Virus record (IMG/VR): IMGVR_UViG_3300016667_000081
Location: 1 to 31,853 of that record
Reading direction: 5' to 3' (one strand)
Length of the DNA: 31,853 bases
Source: a virus
Lineage: Duplodnaviria; Caudoviricetes
Below the pieces are notes generated by a model. It worked only from the letters and a program-made list of their open reading frames with translations. It searched no databases and was not told where the DNA came from. Made by a program: the position numbers and the translations under genes. Below, in pieces: positions 1-6,606 of the stretch. Each line of letters opens with the position of its first letter. The stretch's first letter is position 1.

Positions 1-2
1 TG

Positions 3-1280
3 GGGCCGATCCTGACCATGATGCGGCGCGGCGTGCAGATTGATGTCGAGCGGCGCGACCAACTCATTGCCAAGTTGGAGGTGGAGCGACAGAAGCTGGA
101 AGGTTTCTTCGACCACATCTGCCTGTCGCTGTTCGATACGACGGTGAACTATAACTCGACGCCTCAACTTAAGGTTTTGTTCTATACCTTTCTGGGTATA
201 CCGGAGATTACTAAGTCGAAGAAGGGTGAAGTCAAGGTGGGTACAGATCGGGAAACGCTGGAGAAGATTAGCTCCACGTATCCGAGGGGTGCTGCCTTCG
301 CTAACCTGATATTGGGGATACGCGACCTTGAGAAACAGATCGAGTTCCTTTCTAAGCGGCTGTCCCCGACGAACCGCTTTCATGCTTCGTTCAACATTGC
401 AGGGACTGAAACCTTCCGCCTTTCGAGTTCGGAGCACCCGTTTAGAATCGGGTCTAATCTACAGAACATACCGAAGGAAGCACGTTCCTGCTTTGTGGCT
501 GACCCAGGATACACTCTCTTTTATTCTGACCAGCAAGGGGCCGAAGCTCGCATCGTGGCCTACTTGTCGGGTGACGAAAACTACATTGCGGCGGTGGAAG
601 GCGGCGACTCTCACACGATGGTTGCCTCGATGGTTTTTGGGTTTCCGCCCGACCGGGAGTTGGCGGAACGGGAATATTATCGGGGCTATTCATACCGCGA
701 TATCACCAAGAAGGGCGCGCACGGTTCTAATTACTATGGCAAGCCGTTCACCTTGGCGCAGCAGATGAAGGTTGAGACGGTGGTGGCCGAGCAGTTTCAG
801 GCCCAATACTTCAAGCGGTTCCCCGGCATTAGTAACTGGCATGCTTGGGTGGCGAAACAGTTGCAGACCAAGGGCTATATGGTTACGCCCTTTGGGTTGA
901 GGCGGACGTTCTGGGGCAGGCGGTGGGACGATGCTACGCTAAGGACGGCGATTGCGTTTGTGCCTCAGCATTGCGTGGGCGTGCTGATGAATGTGGGCAT
1001 TTATAATTTGTGGGAGCGGTTCGAAGGTAAGCCGGACGGTGATGTGCAGATATTGCTGAACCTGCATGATGCGGTGCTAGGCCAGGTACGCACCGACAAG
1101 ATGGATGAATTGCTGCCGCAGATATTAGAGTGCTTGCGGTTTCCCTTTCCGGTCGAAGATATTCACGGTAAGACACGCGAAGTTTTAATTCCATTTGATG
1201 TTGAGGTTGGTCATAATTGGAATAAGGAAGGGCCTACCAATCCCGGTGGCTTGAAGAAATGGCGACCTAAAAAAGAATGA
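3..1280 (+). CDS. polA: Family A DNA polymerase, C-terminal polymerase domain (5'-truncated by the window)
   Basis: Frame is open from base 3. Contains TETFRLSSS..NLQNIP, motif A YSDQQGAEARIVAYLSGD, motif B RDITKKGAHGSNYYG and motif C LLNLHDAV. Confidence 0.95.
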   Translation, partial: GPILTMMRRGVQIDVERRDQLIAKLEVERQKLEGFFDHICLSLFDTTVNYNSTPQLKVLFYTFLGIPEITKSKKGEVKVGTDRETLEKISSTYPRGAAFANLILGIRDLEKQIEFLSKRLSPTNRFHASFNIAGTETFRLSSSEHPFRIGSNLQNIPKEARSCFVADPGYTLFYSDQQGAEARIVAYLSGDENYIAAVEGGDSHTMVASMVFGFPPDRELAEREYYRGYSYRDITKKGAHGSNYYGKPFTLAQQMKVETVVAEQFQAQYFKRFPGISNWHAWVAKQLQTKGYMVTPFGLRRTFWGRRWDDATLRTAIAFVPQHCVGVLMNVGIYNLWERFEGKPDGDVQILLNLHDAVLGQVRTDKMDELLPQILECLRFPFPVEDIHGKTREVLIPFDVEVGHNWNKEGPTNPGGLKKWRPKKE

Positions 1281-1480
1281 CCCATGACTATCTGAGTGAC
1301 CGCGCAGCCAACTATAAGCTGATGTCTAACATTAGGAACTGGTGGCAGAAGCGCGGCTATCTGGTGAAGGTGTGGCTGGAGAAGGACAAAGACCCGACCA
1401 ACGGCACCAACATCTTTGTTGTACGGACTAATATTGTACAGAAAGTATCGAGCGCCGAAAGTGGTTATGCGTTGAACTAG
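1277..1480 (+). CDS. Hypothetical protein (67 aa)
   Basis: ATGA overlap with the polA stop; fills the gap in a tightly packed operon. Confidence 0.7.
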   Translation: MTHDYLSDRAANYKLMSNIRNWWQKRGYLVKVWLEKDKDPTNGTNIFVVRTNIVQKVSSAESGYALN

Positions 1481-1490
1481 AGTATGTGAC

Positions 1491-1946
1491 ATGGGTAAGC
1501 CTGCCTACAGCGAGGCGCGCTATGCTGATTATGTTCCGGTCTTTCCTACGCAGCAACGAACGGCGGCGCAGAAGGCAGGCATTTCATTTGAGAAGGCAGT
1601 CATTAAGAAGCTGACCTTCCTGTACGGCGAAGTGAAGCCGGGGCCATGGCTGTACTACCGGACGCCTAAGAAGGCGGGGGTGTGCCAGCCGGACGCCCTG
1701 GTGGAACTGCCCGACAATAGGTTGTGTGTGGTGGAAGTGAAGCTATCGTGGATGCGGCCAGTCCGACAGAAGCTGCTGAACTTTTATGGGCCGATTGTCG
1801 AACTGATACATCCCGATAAGAAGATTTGCTACTTACAGGTTTACAAAAACGCGAAGCCCTCGGCTCATAAGAAACCAGTTTCTATTTATGAGTTGGAGCT
1901 TCTTGAACCCAACAAATATAAGGAATGCCAATGGCTAGGATTGTAG
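1491..1946 (+). CDS. PD-(D/E)xK restriction-endonuclease-fold nuclease
   Basis: G..FE...QPDALV...VVEVKL catalytic pattern; replication-module context. Confidence 0.65.
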   Translation: MGKPAYSEARYADYVPVFPTQQRTAAQKAGISFEKAVIKKLTFLYGEVKPGPWLYYRTPKKAGVCQPDALVELPDNRLCVVEVKLSWMRPVRQKLLNFYGPIVELIHPDKKICYLQVYKNAKPSAHKKPVSIYELELLEPNKYKECQWLGL

Positions 1947-2401
1947 AACCGATCCGCTTCAAGCGGCTGACAGAATCGGCGCGCATCCCGGTGCGGTCCA
2001 CGCCCGGTGCTGCCGCTTATGATTTGTTTGCTGATGGTCATGCCCGGCTTAATGCGTGGCACGGCAATGCCGTTGTGGGGACGGGGATTGCGGTGCAGTT
2101 GCCGCCCGGTCACGTGGGCATGGTGTGTTCGCGGAGCGGGCTGGCTGCTAAGAACCAGACCTTCGTGCTTAATGCGCCGGGTCTTATTGATGAAGATTAT
2201 CGGGGCGAACTCAAGGTTATTCTTGCTCGCCTGACAGATAATGTTGTATGGCCTGACCTTGACGCGGACATTGTTATTGAGCCGGGCATGAGGATTGCCC
2301 AGCTAATGGTGATGCCAGTCATCCACTTTGAGTGGGCCGAAGTTGAAACCTTTGACGAAACAGAACGCGGGGCGGGCGGCCTCGGTTCAACCGGAGTTTG
2401 A
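1931..2401 (+). CDS. dut: Trimeric dUTPase
   Basis: All five motifs present: AAYDL, RSG, GLIDEDYRGE, RIAQL, RGAGGLGSTG. Start 1931 is preferred because AAGGA lies 6 nt upstream. Confidence 0.95.
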   Translation: MARIVEPIRFKRLTESARIPVRSTPGAAAYDLFADGHARLNAWHGNAVVGTGIAVQLPPGHVGMVCSRSGLAAKNQTFVLNAPGLIDEDYRGELKVILARLTDNVVWPDLDADIVIEPGMRIAQLMVMPVIHFEWAEVETFDETERGAGGLGSTGV

Positions 2402-2604
2402 CCATGATGGTTACGAAGATTCTTTGTTCGATTGCGCTGCTGTCGGCGATGGCAACGGCGATCACGGCTCTCGTGGCGGAAGCTCGCCCGAAGTCTTTTG
2501 CTCCTGAAGTTAATCGCAAGCTGGATGCGGTGATTGCGGTCATGCTTATCATCTGTGTTCTTAGCCTGCCGATGGCGCTGCTCGCTGCGATTTGGGAATC
2601 GTGA
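2398..2604 (+). CDS. Small membrane protein with two hydrophobic segments (start may be 2404)
   Basis: Two roughly 20-aa hydrophobic stretches; overlaps both flanking genes (TTGA, TGATG). Confidence 0.6.
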   Translation: MTMMVTKILCSIALLSAMATAITALVAEARPKSFAPEVNRKLDAVIAVMLIICVLSLPMALLAAIWES

Positions 2605-3035
2605 TGCAATACGAATTCGATTTCGATAAGGCTATGCGGGCCGACGCTCCGCTGCCTTCCACGCCCGATGCTAATCCGAAGAACCAGTATGGGGTGGCGA
2701 AGCCTTGCCTGTCGGCGGTTCCGCCGCTGGCGCTGTTCCAGATTGGCCGGGCCATGGAAATGGGCGCCGCCAAGTATGGGCTGATGAACTGGCGGCTGAC
2801 GCAGGTGAAGGCCAGCGTTTATTACAATGCAGCCATGCGTCATCTGATGGCGTGGTGGGACGGAGAAGAATTCGATACCGAATCTAACCTGCCCCACCTA
2901 GCTTTGGCTGCCGCCAACCTGTGCATTCTGCTGGATGCGGGTAGTGCGGGGCGTGATGCCTTTCTGGAAGATGACCGTCCGGTCGCGGGCTTCCTTAATG
3001 AGTTCCTGACCGACCACACAAAGAAAGTTCCCTGA
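2604..3035 (+). CDS. dATP/dGTP diphosphohydrolase-type (DUF5664-like) protein
   Basis: NPK..G..K..L..VP...GAAKYG..NWR...YYNAAMRHL.AWWDGE..D.ES.LPHLA.A pattern; ATG at 2604 overlaps the upstream TGA. Confidence 0.8.
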   Translation: MQYEFDFDKAMRADAPLPSTPDANPKNQYGVAKPCLSAVPPLALFQIGRAMEMGAAKYGLMNWRLTQVKASVYYNAAMRHLMAWWDGEEFDTESNLPHLALAAANLCILLDAGSAGRDAFLEDDRPVAGFLNEFLTDHTKKVP

Positions 3036-3036
3036 T

Positions 3037-3825
3037 ATGGCGACGAACAAGTTCACGCCTAAGACGGTGCTGCTGGTGCCGGACATTCATGCCACGCCCG
3101 GCGATGACTTGAAGCGCCTCGATGCCATGAATGATTGGGTACTGGATGAACGCAAGGCTAAGCTGGACAAGATCATTCTTATCGGGGACGTGTTTGATTT
3201 CGCGTCCCTGAGTTTGCACGATAACCATCAGCCGGAATGGTACGAGCGTTCGCTGGGGGCCGATGCTGAAATCGGGTTGGCTGCCCTGGATAAGATCATT
3301 GATCTGACTGATAGCGTTGGACTTAATCCTAGTAAGGACGTTCACTTTATTGAGGGTAATCACGAGGACCGTTACAACAAGTGGATGAAGTCAGACAATC
3401 GGCTACTGACTTCCCAGTTTCCTAAGACGGTGCGGGCCTTGGTTCAGGAGGAGCGGGCCTACCGCCTCAACTACCATGCGTTTCTGAAGCCGGTCCTGAT
3501 TTATGGGACGGCCTTCCAGCACTACCATGTGAGCGGGGTTATGAACCGGCCCCATGCCGGGGAGCGGCCAGCCCTGTCGATGCTGCGCCAGCACCATATG
3601 AGTGTGGTTCAGGGGCATAAGCATACGCTGGACTTTGCCGAGCATACCCGGCCCGATGGCAGCAAGCTGTTTGCCTTTATTTGCGGGGCCTTCGTCAATC
3701 CTAAGACGGAGTTTGCCTATGCCGGGGCGGCCCGCAAGCTGTGGTGGAATGGCTTTCATTTGCTGCACTTCTATGCGCCCGGCCAGTTCGATGTAGAGTC
3801 TATCAGTCTTGAAAGAATTAGCTAA
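3037..3825 (+). CDS. Calcineurin-like metallophosphoesterase
   Basis: PDIH, GDVFD, GNHE and GHKH metal-binding motifs in canonical order. Confidence 0.9.
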   Translation: MATNKFTPKTVLLVPDIHATPGDDLKRLDAMNDWVLDERKAKLDKIILIGDVFDFASLSLHDNHQPEWYERSLGADAEIGLAALDKIIDLTDSVGLNPSKDVHFIEGNHEDRYNKWMKSDNRLLTSQFPKTVRALVQEERAYRLNYHAFLKPVLIYGTAFQHYHVSGVMNRPHAGERPALSMLRQHHMSVVQGHKHTLDFAEHTRPDGSKLFAFICGAFVNPKTEFAYAGAARKLWWNGFHLLHFYAPGQFDVESISLERIS

Positions 3826-3837
3826 ATATGCTATACT
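3809..3837 (+). promoter_or_regulatory. Sigma70-like promoter with extended -10, driving the Lys-rich gene array (probably leaderless)
   Basis: TTGAAA (3809-3814), 17-bp spacer ending TGC, TATACT (3832-3837); ATG 3844 follows after 6 nt. Confidence 0.7.
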
Positions 3838-3843
3838 TGATGG

Positions 3844-4095
3844 ATGGCAAAACGTCCGAAGTTTAACTTCAAAGCCGAGCATAAGAACCCGGAAGGGGGC
3901 CTGTCCGCAAAGGGGCGGGCCGCCTATAACCGGGCAACCGGCTCCAATCTTAAGGCGCCCCAGCCAGAAGGCGGGTCTAGGCGCGATAGCTTCTGCGCCC
4001 GGATGAAGGGCATGAAGAAGAAGCTGACTTCGGCCAAGACGGCCAATGATCCTAACTCCCGCATCAACAAAAGCCTACGGGCGTGGAAGTGCTGA
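3844..4095 (+). CDS. Small basic phage protein (DUF6321-like)
   Basis: [16 protein letters not shown]...[20 protein letters not shown]...[15 protein letters not shown] resembles a widespread aquatic-phage family; the family name is recalled, not searched. Confidence 0.7.
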   Translation: MAKRPKFNFKAEHKNPEGGLSAKGRAAYNRATGSNLKAPQPEGGSRRDSFCARMKGMKKKLTSAKTANDPNSRINKSLRAWKC

Positions 4096-4096
4096 T

Positions 4097-4237
4097 ATGC
4101 CATTGAAGTCAGGTAAGTCACAGAAGGTTATTTCTGAGAACATCCGTACCGAAATGAAGGCCGGGCGCCCGCAGAAGCAGGCCATTTCTATTGCCTTGTC
4201 CAAGGCTGGCAAATCCAAACAGAAAGGCAAGAAGTAA
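4097..4237 (+). CDS. Small basic protein (46 aa, [16 protein letters not shown]...[12 protein letters not shown])
   Basis: ATG at 4097 lies 1 nt after the upstream TGA (likelier start than 4046); stop overlaps the next ATG (TAATG). Confidence 0.8.
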   Translation: MPLKSGKSQKVISENIRTEMKAGRPQKQAISIALSKAGKSKQKGKK

Positions 4238-4968
4238 TGGCATCGAACGAAGAAGATGCGGTAGGCGCCCGGATCGGCCGGTGGCTGCGTAGCAAGGCAG
4301 CAGAACCGCGCGAGGTTATTCCCGGCCGGGCTGCTACCCAGGCTCAGATGGGGCGGACAGCCCCTGAATTGTCGCCAGAAGCTGCTTCACCGTTCCCGCC
4401 TGCTGTTCCGCGCGTTCCTACTGTAGGCCAGACAATGGGGCAGCGGATTGCCAGCGGCAGGTGGAGTGCGCCGCGCGAAGCGGCTCGCAGTCAAGCGCCC
4501 GCTGAAGCAGCACCCAGCCCGACTTCCGCAGCAAGGGATGCGGCGGACAGGTCCATTGGCAGCGTGGAAGCCAAGGCACCCGCGCGGCCTATGCCGGCCA
4601 ATATTGAGGTAGAAGCCAAGCGCCCGCGTCGCCCATCCCAGCCTCGTGAAGCTATGTCGGCTGATGATTTGAATGCAGCGGTACTGCGGCTTACTTCGGG
4701 TGGTGCGCCCCGCAATGATGTAGAGCGGACGCTGGCTACTCGGATGGGCCTTGCCTACAAGAAGGGCGGCGTCGTTAAGAAGGCGAAGGGCGGCCCGGTG
4801 AAGGCGGCGAAGCCGGTTAAGAAGGCAGCTGGCGGTCCGGTCACCCCGATGCCGAAGGGCAAGCCGAAGGCGAAGGCGCTTCCGCCTAAGACTCCGGTGT
4901 CTGGTTTTATGCGAAACTCAAAGCTGCTTATGAAGAAGGGCGGCGCTGTTAAGAAGGGAAAGAAGTAA
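4237..4968 (+). CDS. Pro/Ala-rich, probably disordered protein with Lys-rich xxGG C-terminal tail
   Basis: TAATG coupling at both ends; YKKGG, KAKGG, KAAGG and MKKGG motifs. Confidence 0.8.
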   Translation: MASNEEDAVGARIGRWLRSKAAEPREVIPGRAATQAQMGRTAPELSPEAASPFPPAVPRVPTVGQTMGQRIASGRWSAPREAARSQAPAEAAPSPTSAARDAADRSIGSVEAKAPARPMPANIEVEAKRPRRPSQPREAMSADDLNAAVLRLTSGGAPRNDVERTLATRMGLAYKKGGVVKKAKGGPVKAAKPVKKAAGGPVTPMPKGKPKAKALPPKTPVSGFMRNSKLLMKKGGAVKKGKK

Positions 4969-5207
4969 TGGGTGCGACTGGTAAGCTGATGAAGAAGGGC
5001 GGTCCCGCTTGGGAAGGCTCGGCTAAGGATACTGCGGAGGATCGAAAGCTGGCGAAGTCCCGTGGTATGAGCATGGCTCAATGGGAGCGCAGCGCGGCTG
5101 ATAAGAAGCACGATGCACCCAAGGCCATGAAGAAGGGCGGCGTTGCCAAGTATGCCAAGGGCGGCGGCGTTGAGATCAAGGGCAAGACCAAGGGCAAGCT
5201 TACCTAA
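4968..5207 (+). CDS. Small basic xxGG-motif protein (79 aa)
   Basis: MKKGG twice and YAKGG; ends KGKTKGKLT; TAATG coupling. Confidence 0.8.
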   Translation: MGATGKLMKKGGPAWEGSAKDTAEDRKLAKSRGMSMAQWERSAADKKHDAPKAMKKGGVAKYAKGGGVEIKGKTKGKLT

Positions 5208-5617
5208 TGGCTGACGCTGGGGAGTCTCGTTCCGATCTGAAAGATCGCCTTCAACGCTCCCGCCAACGCGTAAATAATTTGATGACGAACCCGGAAAGCG
5301 TTATCGCACGCGAAGCCGGGCGTCCTCAAACTCGGCGCAGCTTGCTAGGTTCTTCTGAAGTAGACCAGATTCGTGAAGAACGAGCAAGGCGTGGTCGTGC
5401 ATATAACGATCAAGTAAATCGTGCTATTAACGATGAGTATCGTACTCAAAGTGGACTTGAGGAGCGGTTGTCAGCGCCCGGCGCAGAAATGCGTAAAGCC
5501 GGAATGAAGAAGGGTGGCGCCGTCAAGAAGATGGCGAAGGGCGGCAAAGTTTCTTCGGCCGGCAAACGGGCTGATGGGCTTGCTATCAAAGGTAAAACAA
5601 AAGGGAGACTGACCTAA
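5207..5617 (+). CDS. Basic xxGG-motif protein (136 aa)
   Basis: MKKGG and MAKGG; ends RADGLAIKGKTKGRLT; TAATG coupling. Confidence 0.8.
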   Translation: MADAGESRSDLKDRLQRSRQRVNNLMTNPESVIAREAGRPQTRRSLLGSSEVDQIREERARRGRAYNDQVNRAINDEYRTQSGLEERLSAPGAEMRKAGMKKGGAVKKMAKGGKVSSAGKRADGLAIKGKTKGRLT

Positions 5618-5766
5618 TGGCTAAGTGCAGCATGAAGAAGATGGCGGTGGGTGGCAAGGTTACTGCGCCTGCTCCGAAGGGCGAATCCTGTGCAATGCCG
5701 AAGGGCGGCCCGAGCCGGGCGGACGGTGCGGCGATTAGCGGCCGGACGAAGGGCAAGCTGACCTAA
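5617..5766 (+). CDS. Small xxGG-motif protein (49 aa), absent from the supplied ORF track
   Basis: Hand translation: MAKCSMKKMAVGGKVTAPAPKGESCAMPKGGPSRADGAAISGRTKGKLT. TAATG coupling at both ends; tail is paralogous to that of 5207-5617. Confidence 0.8.
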   Translation: MAKCSMKKMAVGGKVTAPAPKGESCAMPKGGPSRADGAAISGRTKGKLT

Positions 5767-6146
5767 TGGCGCAGAAGCCCCAGCGCCGGGCTACGCCGCC
5801 GCAGGCTGGCGATGAAGGGGACGGGCAGAACCTTCCCTTTCATGGCGGCCGGGCACCATGGGCGCCGCTTACTGAGGATGAGTTTCTGAGGACGCCTCGC
5901 AATCCGTTGCCAGGCACTCGTGATCTTAGACTGCGGGAAGGCGAGCCGCACGTTCCCAATACTCGGTTCGCGGCGAAGAAGGGCGGCAAGGTCGAACTGT
6001 ACGACAAGCCGAAGCCGAAGGGCATGAAGTCTAAGACGATGACCCCGGCGCAGAAAGCCAAGGCAGCTAAGATTGCTAAGGCTTCCGGCGATAAGAAGGT
6101 TGGGCTTTATGCCCGCATCAACGCTATGAAGAAGACGAAGAAGTAG
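5766..6146 (+). CDS. Basic xxGG-motif protein (126 aa)
   Basis: FAAKKGG followed by a Lys-rich C-terminus; TAATG-coupled start. Confidence 0.75.
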   Translation: MAQKPQRRATPPQAGDEGDGQNLPFHGGRAPWAPLTEDEFLRTPRNPLPGTRDLRLREGEPHVPNTRFAAKKGGKVELYDKPKPKGMKSKTMTPAQKAKAAKIAKASGDKKVGLYARINAMKKTKK

Positions 6147-6606
6147 GTTCGTCCAGTACCTTGACGTAGAAGCGTTCGACCAGTACGTAGCCGGGGCGCT
6201 TCTCAAAGATTGGAGTTCGGCCATGATAGTACCGATCTCCCTGAATCATACGGGAAACGCCTTCTTCGCGCAAGGCGTTTTCTGCATAATCTAGCAGCGC
6301 CGTGCCCACGCCACGGCCCCGTTCTGAAAAGCGTGTCCCAATCAATTCGCAGTAGCCAAACTTCACGGTCTTGTGATGTGGGTGATTGACCAGCGTGTAC
6401 ATGGCGAAGCCAAGCATGCGACCTTCTTCGCGTGCCACATAAACTACGAACATGCCAAGATCGTAGGTTGTTTGGTAGTATTCCCAATTGTAATCGAGAG
6501 GGGGTCGATTAGACCCCGCCTCCGTTTTGGCAAAGAAGTCCCGGACTAGTTCCTCCATTTCGGCGGCCAGTTCGAGAGTGAAGGTTTCTTCCTGTACGGT
6601 AATCAT
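6124..6606 (-). CDS. GNAT-family acetyltransferase
   Basis: VYVAREEGRMLGF and ERGRGVGTALL (acetyl-CoA motif A), FEKR.GY. Start 6606 overlaps the upstream stop (ATGA). Confidence 0.85.
   Translation of the reverse strand: MITVQEETFTLELAAEMEELVRDFFAKTEAGSNRPPLDYNWEYYQTTYDLGMFVVYVAREEGRMLGFAMYTLVNHPHHKTVKFGYCELIGTRFSERGRGVGTALLDYAENALREEGVSRMIQGDRYYHGRTPIFEKRPGYVLVERFYVKVLDEPTSSSSS

Larger units (their letters stand above)
4930..5770 (+). repeat. Dispersed short repeats encoding MKKGG and the KG[K/R]LT-stop/start junction
   Basis: ATGAAGAAGGG(C/T)GG at 4930, 4989, 5127 and 5504; CTKACCTAATGGC at the 5207, 5617 and 5766 junctions. Confidence 0.75.

Noticed and set aside
2604-3035. Evidence for a 2-aminoadenine (Z) genome
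   Set aside because: No purZ or HD-domain datZ in the window; a DUF5664-type gene alone is not diagnostic.
4700-6000. Repeated AAGAAGGGCGG units as a CRISPR array or DNA-level regulatory repeat
   Set aside because: Spacing is irregular, copies are in frame with synonymous variation, and no cas genes are present; the constraint appears to be on the peptide.
4237-6146. Exact match of the xxGG motif to the adenovirus protease consensus (M/I/L)xGG
   Set aside because: The hydrophobic residue sits one position further upstream (MxxGG) and no adenain/Ulp1-type cysteine protease is recognisable; kept only as an analogy.
328-6224. Alternative-frame and - strand ORFs over the replication module and basic array
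   Set aside because: Fully overlapped by motif-supported, translationally coupled + strand genes.
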